DNA from: Camelus ferus | Lineage: Eukaryota | Assembly (NCBI RefSeq): GCF_009834535.1 | Contig: NC_045696.1 | Location: 35,962,001-36,026,000 of the forward strand | DNA: 64,000 nt | Direction: 5' to 3' | Part shown: positions 13,400 through 27,750 of the stretch, piece after piece | Layout of the letters: each line of letters starts with the position of its first letter | Position numbering within the stretch: position 1 is the first letter of the stretch | Notes under the pieces: model-generated | Databases searched by the model: none | What the model was told of the DNA's origin: nothing | What the model saw: the letters and a program-made list of their open reading frames with translations, nothing else | Program-made: the position numbers and the translations under genes

Positions 13400-14600
13400 A
13401 AAAATTCAATGAAATATTTACATAATCTCAAGCTATCTACTCACAAACTATTTATTACTAATAATAAAGAAAAATAACAAATAAACAGAGTAACTCTATT
13501 CTGCAAAAAACTTAATCCTTTTTTAATCAAGTTTTACACCACTTGATAGGATGCAATGAGAACACAGCGTCAAATTCTATGCTACCTCTGCCCCAAATGG
13601 ATAACCAGAAGCTACACAGTAGGAAACATCAGACAACTATAAATTGAGTAATATTTCACTAAATGACTGGCTTGCATATTCAAAAATGTCAAGGTCATGA
13701 AAGTCAAGGAAAAATGAGGAACTAGGAGACTAGAAAGACATAACAACTGTGAGCATTTCATGATCCAGTATTGATTCATAGGGCAACTGACAAAACAGGA
13801 GTGGGGCTCTCTGGGTGACTGGTATGCAGTACTCTGAGCTATACCTGTAGACATTTTGTAAATTGAAATTTTTCCAAATTATATTTTTTAAGAAATGGAT
13901 GGAAAAACATAAAAATAAAGTTAGCTATGGTTGTAGGGTGGGGGGGTATGTGGAGAAACAAACAAGGGACTTAATAGGAGCTAGAATTCTCTGCATATGC
14001 TATGTATGTAGATTTCACTTGAAATCTTAAACATAAAACAAAATTACATTTTATGTTATCCATAAACATTAAAAGTAAATGAAACAAATGAACCAAACTG
14101 CATATCAAGTTAGTGGCATAATCACACAATGACTTCAAAACACAGAGATTTGACTGTGCATATACCCTAGAAAGAAAAAGAACTTCAAAAATAGTACATT
14201 CCTCTCTGTAGTTTGTTTATTATGATAATGATGTTAGTTTTGTTCTGGGCCTGGTGTGAATGTATGTATGTATGTATGTGCTGTGGAATAAATCAAATGA
14301 CTCATTAAGAATAGGAGAAAAGGAGATATAAATGTAAGATGGATGAGTTTAATAACATCTCTTTAGTCCTCAATTTGAATTGGAAGTAATAGTAAGAATG
14401 CATGATATATTTTCTGTTAAAATACACATATTTTGTAGCTCAGGCTACTGAAAAGACTATCTAGATACGATTTCCCACTAACAAACACTGGCATCCTTGG
14501 GAAAGTGTGTGATACCAGATCTGAGTCAAGAAATGCCAAATGTGAGCCTACAACATATTGTCATAGTGGAAAACAAGGAAACTATCAAAACTAGATTTCA
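13400..14600 (+). mobile_element. Old L1MC/L1ME 3' UTR fragments
   Basis: ggaaacatcagacaa, caaaaatgtcaaggtcatgaaag motifs. Confidence 0.6.
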
Positions 14601-17600
14601 AAGCTTGACATTTTTTTCTCTTACAATTTTTTAAAAAATCATCTTTTATACAGAAAACTGGATTTTTTCAATTAATAAAATTATTTTCATAACTTTTTAG
14701 TATAAATCTAATATTTTTCTGGATTAATCTTTTTAGTATTTTTTAATTATATACTGTTCTCTCCTCTAATGTTCATATAGTTTAAAATAATTTACACAAA
14801 TTTAAAAATAGACTATGTGCGTGGATGTGTACATGTGTGTATTATACAAGATGTGCCCCTGTATAGTGTTCAAAAAAAGGGATATATGTTTTTGGGAGCC
14901 CAGTTGCAAAATCTATTATGAAAAAGATCTCTCAGCCTCCGAGATCACAATGACTACAAGCAGACAGTTGCATCTTAAAAAGGCAGCGGTGAGAGAGGCC
15001 GTGTGCATATAAACAGACAAGCAGTAAGGCTTCTATGAAACCTCCTAGATGCAAAACATATATTTAGGCCTCACTAAGAATGAGAACAATTTAAAACTCT
15101 AGAGACTGCTTGTGCCAAGGAAATTTATTTTCCTCAAAACAGTAAAGCAGTATCTGAAACTACATGCAGATAATATTTGTTGCAAATGTGTCCAAACTAC
15201 AATCAAATTGTATCTTTGAATAAAAACCTGCCATTTTAATCTCATACTGTGAAGCACTGATACAAACCTCAAACAATTCAGAGATGCAAATTTAAAAAAT
15301 TATTTTCTTGTATGTGGCTGATTTGATCTTCTTTAAAAGTTTTTCTCATAATTTACTGAAGGAGAGGAAAAACTTTTAATCTTATGTTTTAAATTTAGCC
15401 CAGTCTTGTAACTAAAACATTTCTGATAGACACTGTTCCGTGAGCTATGGAAAATAGAAGTTCAGTTGCTCAATCTCTTACATAGGCCTCCTGGCGCCTT
15501 GCATGTCTCCCTGAAATGGGAGGTGAACATAAGCAGTAAAGGAGGTTTATTCATCCTCCCTGCAGTGGCAGAGAAGGGGGCTTCTACCTCCTGTCCCCTC
15601 CTGCTGTCCCTGGTCCACCTGAGCTGCTCCTCACGGCTGAATCTGTTCTTTGCCAATGTTCTTTGCCAATCAAAGCCAGGTGTCCTTTCTTAGAACCCAG
15701 CTGTTGCTAATGCTACAGACCTCTGGAATCTGGCAGTGACTTTCATTTGTCCCAGCTCATGAGTTTAGTTCTATGGCTGCAGGCACAGAGCCACCACACC
15801 CCCACCATCATATCCTCACTTGGAATCTTCTTAGCCAAAATGTCTACTACTTCTTGCCTGAGACCTAAGAAATGAAAGGAGCAGGGGACTGCTAAGCCTC
15901 AGGAGCTCCCTCTGCCATTAAAAATGCACTATTAAGTAAGTAATCTCACATCCCGCATTGATACAGAGATCCTGCTGTGAGATCATATCCTTTCAGTGTT
16001 CTCAAAACTGAGTTAGGCACAAGCCTCTAACTCTACCTTGGGCATCATTATCTAACAGTATTCTTCTGTCTTCGATGGGGCAAAACTGTTCTCTGGCCTT
16101 TTTCTCCCCTCTTTCTCTTTTCTCGGTCCCACAGATCAGCCTATTGCCCTTGCAACAATTATATACTTTATCAAGGACAGAGGTCTCTTTACGGCCCAGA
16201 TAGATACAAAAATTGAGAGAGAAATTTCTTTAGATGATACCCTAGCTTGAAGGTCTCTTATTCAGTCTTATAATCCAAACTTGAATATGAAAATCACATT
16301 TTACTAATTATTCTTCTCTATTTATTTTACCAAGTCCTTGTTTCTGCTCTGGCAGATGAGTACCTCATGTGTACTAGGATGAAGTTTTTTATATAAGAAG
16401 GAAAAAAAGGAAAAACACAGCAAAATACAAAACTATTACTCCTTTACTTCTGTTTATTGTAACAGTCTCTTGAGCACTATTTGTTAGGTACAGCAAGGGG
16501 AGCAGTAGTTCAGTATGTCATTGTGGTAATTTGGAGTTCATTTCGTTTTTTGCTATAGTGATATATGAGTAGACAATAAAAGGTTGTTGTCTGTCTCTTG
16601 TCTTTTTTATTAGCACATAGCATAACAGTCCTTTAATGGCTAAAATTCCTTTTCCCATAACCAAATATCTTAAAAAATTATTCTCCTAAAATTTTATACT
16701 AAGCAAATTGAAGAGAAATAACAAAAATTGGAGAATCATGGAAATTTTAGAGCTGACAGAGACCCAAGACAAAATCAAGTTTAATCTCTTTCCCAAATAC
16801 TTATTTGTTGTCATGTAAACAGCATGGAGAAAGTTCAACATTCTGGATTGTTAACCAGGATTTTTTTAAATATAAACCTAGAGAATGTTAATAAACTGAA
16901 ATTTTTCAGCAAGCTATACTGAATTTGAGATTTCCTTTGATATTTTGCTATATAAATAGAATATATAATAGATTTAGTAAGATTAATTGAAGAAGGAAAG
17001 AGGAAAATTAATATTAAGTTGTAATAAAGGAATGCACTTGTGTGATTTAAGAATACCTCTGTATTTACCAATGACAGTGAAAGAAAAATTTTAGTTGTAT
17101 TAGTTCAGAATCTAAACAAAATGTAATTCCATAAAATATGTAATCACTAGTAATTATGGATGAGCAAAGGACAAAATTCTGGAAACAGTTCTACTCATTG
17201 GAAAATAAAGGAGAGCTAGAATGGTTAGCAATAAAAGACAATCATGTATCATAGATTGACTATACCACATCTGCAATAAAAAAAAAAACTAGTAAGTTAT
17301 TTTTCATTTTCCTATAAAATGTAAAAGAAATACTATAATTGAACTCTTTACAGCCTTTGCCTAAGTCAAAATTAAAAATCACAAATACAAAAAATAATTG
17401 CTTTTGAATTTATAGGGATTTTTCAAAAGTTCTGTAATATTGCTTTCAATGGAAAATAGTTAAAGTGCATGAAAATATGCCACAATTACATCTCTAGTCA
17501 TATAGCTATATGATATATTATGTACCTGAATATATTCTGAATATGGATTACATAATAACACAGAATTTGCCAATCTCATTGATTAGGTCAATAAAGCTAT

Positions 17601-19734
17601 TTAATCAATTTGTAAATTCATAGTATTTGTCATAAATGATACTAAAGACTTGGTCTAGATCTATGCCCTCAGGGAGTTTATAAAATAGTAGCACTGCAAT
17701 GTAGTAAGTGTACTGAGCAGTTAGTCATAGTAAACTAAAGTTCTACTTAAAATGTAGTCCTCAATATCTAAGTTACATTGGTAAAAAGCTAATTTAGATT
17801 AGCCCAAAAGTTGGCCAAAACCAAATTGGTGATCAAAGCATTTTTTAAAAATAAAAGCAAATATACCAAATCATCATGTTGTACACTTCAAATATATACC
17901 ATTTTACTTGTCAATTATATCCCAGTAAAGCTGGGGAGAATATTCTTAAAGCAAGTATTAAGGGTGCTCCTTGAAGCTCTTTAAGGTGCCATATGAACAA
18001 GCACCAGGTATGAGAAACTGTAAGGCTCTCAGGAACATGTCCCCCAAGCATTTCAACAAGATGCCATATTATATTATTTTCCTCCCTAAAGACATAAAAT
18101 ATTACATAAGAATATGAAAAACAGCACCTGCTTTCAGCTAGACTCCTACTTGAAATACAATCTGAATCTGACAGATGAAGACTAAGGACAAGTGTAAAGT
18201 CTCCAAGAAATATGAACCACCAGATGTGCTGTTTGCCAACCCTTCCATCCTACAAACCTGTTCTTTGACTGCTGAATTCATCATCCTGTGAAAATAATGG
18301 CTCACGAAGCCTCTTCTTGGAAATTAAAATTATGATCATACAAGTATTACTTATTCAAGCCTTCTAAATTTTGAGAAATCAATGACCATCTGACAACTAT
18401 TCAAATGTAACTATGTATTATCACCATAATAGAGTTCTAGAGATGTAAGGTAAAAAAAAAAAAAAAAACCAATTGATTTCTGCTATTGCAGACATGATCT
18501 TGAAAAGATTTAATTCTTGAACATTCCTGTTATATAAATAGCACCAATTGGATCTTAAACTCTAAAATTGTTGTGTATTCTTAGTTTTCCATTTGCAAAT
18601 CCATTTTCTGATAATCAAATTAAAAATTCTGATAGAGTAGTAATGTGGCCTGAAAGATGGTACTGTTTGCAATTTCTTAGATAAACAAATACTAAAAGGC
18701 TTGTTGATACTGATATTCAGTCTTTTATTTTTTCCTATGTGATGATTCAAATAAATGTAAAACCAAAGAAAAGTTAATATTTAAGGGCCTTTATTAAGAA
18801 TATCTTAAATGGTGAGATTCTGTATTGAGTTCAGAAACACTCTAATCAATTTATATCTCTTATTCATATTGAAAATAAATTTCTTCTCTAATGTTACGTG
18901 ATGCACTGTTGAATATGAACCTCTCTTAGAGAGAAAAAGCTACTTCCATATGCAACATACATCTGGTTAGGAAATGGAACTTTCCTATGCACATTTATCA
19001 AGACCAAGGCCTTCTATCAACTAGCTCCTGTATTTTTCCAGGCTTGTCTCTCATTACCACCCAACATGTCCATTGTCTTCTACTGACCATCCAACTGGAG
19101 GGAATGAGTGGTTACTGAATGTGACTGACTGGGCCTTGGCCTATGGCTGGTAGGCATGTTATGTTTGTGGTAATTTGCTTGCCCTCATTTACTCTTGAGA
19201 ATAAATGCTCAACAATCAAATTGGCCTAAGGACATTGTGCCTATATGTTTCAGACTATGGTTTTGCCTTTCATGAAACTTGTTTAGAAATCCATTTTCCT
19301 GAAATGTTCACACCCTCCAATTTTAGTATTTTCAGCTATTGGGGCAGCATATAACACTGAGAAGTATAATTAACCCCTGCTAGATTAGTGGAGGGTAGAC
19401 TACATTAGTTTAGCATCTGAAACAGGAAATAACAACTATAATACTACCAATTAAATGATTCTGCATGATTAAAATGTCACATACTATTCTAAGATCTTTA
19501 GATATATTTTGTTTTTTACAATGAATCTGTGCACTAGGTATAATTATCTCCATTTTATATAGGAGGGAACAGGCATAGCTCATTCAAAAAGTATATCAAA
19601 GAGTATCATATCCAGAAATATCCAGATACTACCTCATAACTTTATCAATGCATCTATTCAATCATTATTCACTAAATCCAAGTAATCTAATATTAATCAT
19701 TTTAGCTTTATAAATTCTTTAACAAAAAATAGCC

Positions 19735-19950
19735 ATCATTTGTTGAATGCTTAATAGTACTAAGTATACCAAAAGGCTTTATTTGTGTTGAATCCATTGC
19801 TTATAATTACAGGGCAATTAAGTATTAACAACCATATTTCATATAAGGAAAATAGGGATCTAAGAGTTTGAGACAGCCAAAGTCTCCCAGCCGGTAGAGA
19901 TTCAAGCTGAATTGAACCCATATGTATTTGACTACAAAATGTGTATCCTT
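19735..19950 (-). mobile_element. MIR SINE (another fragment near 19490-19580)
   Basis: ccatcatttgttgaatgctta..tattaacaaccatatttc..aggaaa..ttgaacccat. Confidence 0.6.
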
Positions 19951-20719
19951 AGCAATACATGAAAGTGTCATACTGATAGCACAATAGAAAATATTTTCTA
20001 AATGGAAGTATTCTAACCTTCAAACTAAGAAGTTTCAAAATTCCATGAAGCTGTGGGTCACTTCCTAGAAATCATCCTGATACCCAATATCATTGTCTTC
20101 AATTTAGTCCTGCATATTAAAAAATTATGTTACAAAATATGACCCAAAGTATTCAAGTGTATTATAATGCATGAAACAATTTATCCCTTTTCAGATGGTA
20201 ACTCAAACAAATGTGATCCTAACTTACATATGCATTAGGAAAAAATGAGAACTTCTTTGAAATTGACTTCAGCAGTCCAAAGGCTGGCTAAAGCTCCTTG
20301 GAGACAGCATTCTTTCCTTTGATGTATGAGACCATTTGAAGACCCAGGTTACAAAATAATAGCAAAGTAAAAGTCATCAAAAATTTCCTAAATTTCACAA
20401 ACCACAAGGGAAATCTCAAGACAGAATGAAAAAAAATGAAAAAATAAATTTCATTTTACATCCTTTAAAAAGCAAATTGTTCTGATGTTCTTGTTGATGG
20501 TACTGTTCTGGAACTTATAAATGAATGCTAAATATTAAAATGTTGTGCAATAGTTGCCTAGACGAATGTGAAAGCAACAGAACATTTCCATTTTTCTCCC
20601 TAAAATAAAAAATTTTAAATACTTCTTAATCATATTTATCTCTATGTCTATAACCATAAAAGGTAGTAAATTAAGAAGCTAATAAAGAAACAGAAACAGT
20701 TGCTCAATTAAAAACATGT

Positions 20720-21635
20720 ATACCCACTATACATCTTTTAGAATAACTAAAATCCAAAACACTGACAACACCTAAATGCTAATGAAGATGTGGAGTAAAG
20801 GAACTTTCATTCATTGCTGGTGGGAATGCAAAATAGTACAGTCACTTTGGAAAAGTTTGACGGTTTCTTACAGAACTAAACACACTCCTAATATATAATC
20901 CAGCAATATGCCCCTTGGTATTTACCCAAATTAGTTGAAAACTCATGTCCACACACACAAAAACCTGCACAGGGATGTTTACAGTTGCTTTACTCATAAT
21001 TGCCAATACTCAGAAGCAATCAAAACGTTTTTATATAAATGAATAGCTAAACTAAACTCTGGTATTTCCATACAATGAGTATATTACTCAGAGCTAAAAA
21101 GAAAAGAGCTATCAAGCCATTAAAATACCTAGAAGAATCTTAAATGCTTACTATTAAGTAAAAGAAGCCAATCCTAAAGACTGTATCTTGCATGATTCCA
21201 ACTATATGACATTCCAGAAAAGGCAAAACAATAGAGACAATGAAAAGATCAATAGTTGCCAGGGGTATTGAGAGTGTGTGTAGGGGAGCAGGAGCGATGA
21301 ATAAGTGAAGCACAAGGGGTTTTTAGCAGCAGTGAAACTATTCTGTACAACACTATAATGGTGGATGCATCCCATCACACATTTGTCAAAACTCACAGAA
21401 TGTACAATGTACAGATAGTGAACCCTAATGTAAACTAAGGACATCGGTTGCTAATAATGTGTCAATGTTGGTTCATCAGAGTGTAACAAATATGCCACTC
21501 TGGTGCAGAATGTTGAGGGTGGAGAAAGCTGTGTATGTGCCTGGGGAAGAGGTATGCGGGAACTCTCCTTACTTCCCACTCAATTTTGCTGTGAACCCAA
21601 AGCTGCTCTAAAATATAAAGTCTATTAATTTTAAA
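20720..21635 (+). mobile_element. L1MC/L1MB-type 3' end
   Basis: cattcattgctggtgggaatgcaaaat, atgattccaactatatgacattcc.gaaaaggcaaaac, gtgaaccctaatgtaaacta. Confidence 0.9.
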
Positions 21636-22154
21636 GAAAGCACTTGTACTGTATGTTATTTTATATATAAAATAAGCTGGGAGGAAAATCTCAAGAATTA
21701 ACGCATATACTTTGAAGACCAAAACCTACAAATTTAGAAACTTGAGTCAAAATTTAATTATCTGTAAGATTCTTTAAGTCAATTAGGAAGAAAGTATCAA
21801 TTTGGGATATTTGAAAAGTCATATTTTTGAGCAGAAACTCACTAACATTTTTCAGGTGTCCCTGACTAAATAAATCCTCTCTCTGGATCAATATAGCCAC
21901 ACAGCCAAAGAAAGTACTCAGTTGTTCCCTCTCTTGGACTTCCTTCCAAATATTAGATGGCTACCTTGGCTGATTCTTTAGCAGAATAACTTGTAAAAGA
22001 AAAATCATATAATCTCTTGCCTTATATTATGGGTCAAACAATCCCAGTTTAAAAATATTTCAGGAACTAACAGGAAATACATATCATTTGTACAGAAAGG
22101 ACACCGCTTATCAATTTATTGCCTCTCAATTTCAAATTAGCCTATTAGACAGCT

Positions 22155-22800
22155 CTGTGATAATGGATATGGACCCCTTAAACATTCTTCCCCTTTTACC
22201 GACTAGCACTGAAATCTGAAAAGACATTGAAAGAGGAAAAAAGTTGTTTGCCTCCTGGGTCTGGTTGTTCAGACGGCAGATCCTGCCACATGCAGGGCCG
22301 CTTTCTCTTCAGGTTCCTGCAGCTCTCAGAGCTTCTCCAGTGCCCAGGTCCTGCAGTACATGGTGACAGCAGCACTCAGCGGCCAGCAGCTGCCCCTGCA
22401 TCTCTCTCATACAATACTGTAGCAGAGTCCCTGGTGAAGTGCCTCCTTGTCAGCAGATTTCCCCAGCAAACTTGAGGGCAGACTTCTAGCAAGTTCTGTC
22501 AGTTGGGTACTATGGAGACTTCTCTGCTGCTCAGTGAACCAAAGCACCACCCTCTCTAACAAGGTCTAAATCTCATCCCTGGGAGCCTCTTCCTTGGATG
22601 AAAAATCCCAGCCCTAGCGTTAGAGACTGCTTCTTATATCTGGTATTTATGTATCATTTAGAGCTCTCTTTACTTTTTATTACCCAACATCTCATTACTC
22701 CAATCCCCTGTTATTGTAAACAATTCTTTAAGCTTTCCTCTTTAAGCATTCTCTGTTCAAATTATTGTGTGGTTTGTCTCACCTGATTGGGGCCAATTTG
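22155..22800 (+). mobile_element. ERVL-type solo LTR
   Basis: About 650-bp GC-richer block starting tgtgataat and ending with LTR U5-like tgtgtggtttgtctcacctgattggg. Confidence 0.5.
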
Positions 22801-23044
22801 AGAAAGCTTTAACAGCACAAGTTATACATTAATTAGTTTTCTGACCCATAGCTACCTATTCTGTAAAGCATTTAGCATTAACGTCATGTATTTTACAAAT
22901 ACTTAACAAGTTCCTACTATGTGACCAAAACTATTTTACATGCTAGGACTATAGCAGTAAACACACAAAACAAAAAAAATTCCAAATTAGAATAAATATG
23001 GATAAGTTATCTATGGATAAATGAATATCTATGGATAAAAATGT

Positions 23045-26000
23045 ATGGAATGCAAAAGAATGAAGTTGGATCCTTATCTTATACTACATACAAAAATTAA
23101 CTCAAAAATGGATCAAAAACAAATGAACGATCGATAAAAATATGATAGAAAACTGTGGGTATAGTAATAGAGGAAAAAAATAAAGGATCATTTCTGAACA
23201 ACTTAAGTTTGAGATCTCTTCTAAATATTCAGTTCAAAAGCATTCAGAAATGAAATAGAAGTTAGAATTAGCAGATAAGAATATTTAAACAGTTATTATA
23301 ACAATATTCTATATGTTCAAGAAGCTAGAAAAAAGATTGAACATGTTACTAAGACAAGAAAAATATAAAAAATGATTCAACAGAACTTCATCTTAGATGA
23401 AAATGACAATATCTGAGTCAAAAATATACCATGTGGGATTAATGGCAGATAATACACGGAAGAAAAAAGATTAGTGAACTTGAAGAAATAGCAAATAGTA
23501 ACTTTACAAAATGAAGCACAGGGAGGAAAAAACTGGGAAAAAAAAGAAATACATTCAGCATCAGTGAACTCTGGAGCCACTTCAAATGGCCTAATATACA
23601 TGTAATTGGAGTTTCAAGAAAAGAGAATAGGAAAACAAAAACTATTAAAGAAAAATTTCCAAATTTGATGTACAGCACAAATCAGAGTTTCAAGAAGTTC
23701 AATGAATTCAAGTATACCAAACACAAAGAAAAGTTAATCAAGGCACACCATATTCAAATTTCTTGAAACTAGTGACAAAAAACAAGATCTTAAAGCTACG
23801 AGATGAAAAAGATACATTGCATTCAGAAGAATAAAGGTAAAGATGGCAGCAGATTTCTCACCATTAAAAAGCCAAGCTTATAGTATATGTGAAGGAATGA
23901 CGTATTGCTTAGACATGAACTAATAAATTAAAGATGTACACCAGAAGCCCTAAAGCAACCACTAAAATTAACACAACAAAAGGTTAACATGAATAAACCA
24001 ACAGAGTAGAAAAAATGGTATTATAAAACTTATTAATTTATAGACAGGAAAACAGAAGAAGAGGAAATGAAGAACAAAGAACACATGGAACCAATAGGGC
24101 ACAAATAGCAAGATGGTAGATTTAAATCTATTCATATCAATAAGGACAATAAATGAAAATAGTAACTACCTCAACTAGAGGTAGAGATTGTCAGATTGGA
24201 TAAAAAAAATCAAGACTTACCTAAATTCTTCTAATAAGAAACTCACTTTAAATATAAAGATACGTATATAAATATAATGTAAGCTGATATGTGTGTGTGT
24301 GTGTGTGTGTCTATGTTAAAAATAAAAGCCATATCATGTGAACACTAATCAGAAGAAAGCTGGAGTGACTATATTAGTAACTCCAAATATTTACTCACAG
24401 CAAAGAATATCACCAAGGATAAAGAGGGTCAATTCATAATGATAAAGGGATCAGTTCATGAGGAAGATATAACAATCATAAATGTTTATGCACATAAACA
24501 CAATAAAAACAAGACCATCAAAATACTGACAGAACAGCAAGGAGAAATAAACAAACATAAATAATTACAAGAAGAGATTTCAACACTTCCTCTCAGTAAG
24601 AACAATTAGAGACAGATTCCTTAAGGATACAGAGCTTTGAACAACATTATCAACCAGCTTGACCTAAGCACCATGTATAGATGACTCCATACAGTAATAG
24701 CAGAATATACATTATTTCAAGTGCACATGGGACATATACCCAAAGAGACTATATTCTGGGTCATAAAACAAGTCTCAGTAGACTTAAAAGCCTTCAATTA
24801 TATAAAGTATTTTTTCATGTAAAATATTTTTATTATGGAATTAAATTAGAAATCAATAAAGGGTATCTTTCTAGAAAAGTTCCAAATATTTGAAAATTAA
24901 ATAACACACTCTAAATAATCCTTGGAGTGAAAGTAACAAAAAAATTAGAATGAAATTTGAGCTGAATAAAAACAAAAACACAGTATGATAAAATGTGCCA
25001 GATACAACAGAAACAGAACTTAAAGGGAAATTTATAAACTTAAATGCCTATATTAAAAAAGAAAGGTCTCAAATCAATAGCCTCAGCTTCCACCTTAAAA
25101 ATTAGAATAAAAAGAGCAAATGAAGCTGAAACTCATCTTAAAATTATAAAAAGAAGGGAAAGATATGAAAGGGGAAAGATGAAAGATTAAAGTAGAAATC
25201 AATTAAATAGAAATCAGAAGAAAAACAGACAAAAAATGAATTTATTGTTAAAAACCTTCCCTCTAAGGTATCTACAGACTCAGATGACTCCACTGAGGAA
25301 TTCTACCAAACAACTACGTAATAATAGCAATTTTGTGCAAAAAACAAAAACAAATAAAAAGAAACCTTTGATCTATATATACCACACTCCATCAAATTTA
25401 ACTCAAAATGATCACAGACTCACAAAGTCTAAACTACAAAATTTCTAGGAGAAAATCTATGACTTTGGGTTCAGCAAGGGTTTTTCAGATACAACACTAA
25501 AAGTGTGATTTATAAAAGAAAAAAAGTATATATCTGTGTTCACAAAAATCAAGAACTTCTGCTCTTTCAATGACACAACAAAGACAATGAAAAGATAAGC
25601 TGTAGAATAGAAGAATATATTTACTAAGCAATGTACCTGGTAAAGAACTTGTATCCAGAACATATAAAGGACTCCCAGAAATCAAAAATAAGAAAACAAA
25701 CAACTCAATTTAAAAATTGACAAAATATTTGAATATACATTTCACCGAAGAAGATGTATGGATGACAAATAAGCACATAAAAATGTTTAACATCATTAAT
25801 TATTAAGGAAATGTGTATTAAAGCCACTCTACACCTATTTAAAATACCTAAAATTATAAAAATTGAACAAATCAAGTCTTTAAGAGGATACGTAGCAACT
25901 GGAAATCTCAAAAACTGCTAGTGGAAATGTAAAATGGTATGACCGCTTCAGAAAACCATTTGGTGTTTTCTTAAAAAGCTAGACATGTATCAACCACATA

Positions 26001-26240
26001 AACTAGCCATTTCACTCATTTACCCAAGATATATAAAAACATATGTCTGTACAAAGACTTATTCAGAAATATTCACAGCAACTCTATTTGTAAAAGTTGA
26101 ATTTAGAAACGACTCAAATGTTCATCACCAGGAGAATCAATAAACAAATTGTTGTATAACTAAACAGTGGAGCACTACTCAGCAATAAAAAGAAATGAAG
26201 GACTGATATACCCAACAACGTGATTAAAACAAAACATTGG
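23045..26240 (+). mobile_element. Decayed, internally deleted L1M (ORF1, ORF2 endonuclease and 3' fragments)
   Basis: A-rich; peptide ISSAHGTYTQRDYILGHKTSL..GIKLEINK; gcagatttctca; gagattgtcagattggataaaaa; many stops. Confidence 0.9.
24290..24310 (+). repeat. (TG)n microsatellite
   Basis: Direct reading. Confidence 0.9.
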
Positions 26241-26259
26241 AAATAGAGGGACTGATGCC

Positions 26260-27750
26260 AGTTCATGTAGAAACCTTCCAAGAATTTTGAATACAAAAAG
26301 AATTGGATAACGAAGAAGTTGGTGGAAAGGGAAGTGAAGATCAAGAGATTTTATGTTTTAGGGAGGGGGAGCTCCTAATGGAGGCATGACGGCATGAAGG
26401 AATCCACAGAGGAATAAAATTTGTTGATGCTGAAGAAAAAGGGGAGAATTTCCAGGGCAAGTGAAGCAACTGGCCTTAAAAAGACCAAGGATTCATCCAT
26501 TCTAAAGGGAGGTTGGACAGAGCATATGGGTACTGTTGCTCACAGACAGGCAGAAATGGTAGTAGAGATTTTGAAAGGTCTCTTCTGATTTTGAGTTTTC
26601 TCACAAATATATGAAAGATGGCCATCATCTGAGAGTGAGGAATGAGAAGAGAAAGAAGAGAGGTGTTACATTATGGAAGAAGTAGAGACAGGGAGAGAGC
26701 ATGGACTAGATACACTGATTGTCTGGTGGCATTAAAAGTCCACTTAAGGTTATTAATTTAAAGTGAAACAGCCACATTCTCCTACACAAGTGCTGGCACA
26801 GAGAAGAAGAGATGGATTTACTCGAAACTCTGGTCTAACCAATCGAGGAAAATGAAGTAAGACGGGGCAAAAAACTCGAAAGTGAATGCAAGGGAATGCA
26901 TTTAATGACTGGCTAAAGAATGCAAGCTGGTGAAGAAAGAAATCAGGAAAAGAGAGACGTAAAACAAAGACATGATAAGATCAGGTGAAGGGGCTAAAGA
27001 ATTGTATTTACCATACCAGAGGGAGTGAGAGGAAGCGACAAAAGCAGTTGTCAGAGAGATGCTTGAAATTGAGGTTTCTGATGATGTTCGAGATCTTGGT
27101 CCTGTTAAGTCTAGGGTATGATCAAGGGAGTGAAAACCTAGGTGAGATGAACAAGGAGCTCAAGGAGCTGAGAGGTCAATGTTTTGTAAGTATAAGCAAT
27201 GTGGACACTGAAACCACCAAGACATGGTTTTAGAGTGACAGTAAATCAGATGCAAAAGCTTTCAGGATACAGGATGCAGTCAGAGTGGAGGTTATGACCC
27301 AGTAGTAAGCAATTACTGCAAAAATGAAGGCAATGGATACCACTATCTGGTACATAAAATTCAAAGTTAAGGGGTCTTAGAGAAAAGGGAGAGAGAATGG
27401 TCATGGGACAGCAATTCATATCAAGAAGGACACTCGCCCCACTTTCAGGCACAGTGGAATGAGAAAGGCCTATGGGGGAAGCAGTGTTCTCAAGGGACAT
27501 TTATATTTCTGTTAGAGCAGGAAATAAAGGGACCATTCAGAAAAAAGTTTGAAAATTGGGGGAATTTTTTTTTAGTAATATTCTGTGTGTTCCAGAAGAC
27601 TCAGTGGGAGGCTTTCAGCAGTTGGGGAGGGTTAAGAGATGAAAAGAGAATTGGAAGTATGCAGTCTTCAGTCATAGAAGACAAGGATGACCTGGGAGTC
27701 TGGGCTTCTTGTGGTCACTTGTGTGATCAGGATAGAGACATGTGGATATT
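26260..27750 (-). mobile_element. Probable L2 LINE body
   Basis: Long G/A-rich decayed tract typical of antisense L2; assigned on composition only. Confidence 0.45.

Noticed and set aside
23045..26240. Active full-length L1
   Set aside because: Numerous stops, frameshifts and large deletions.
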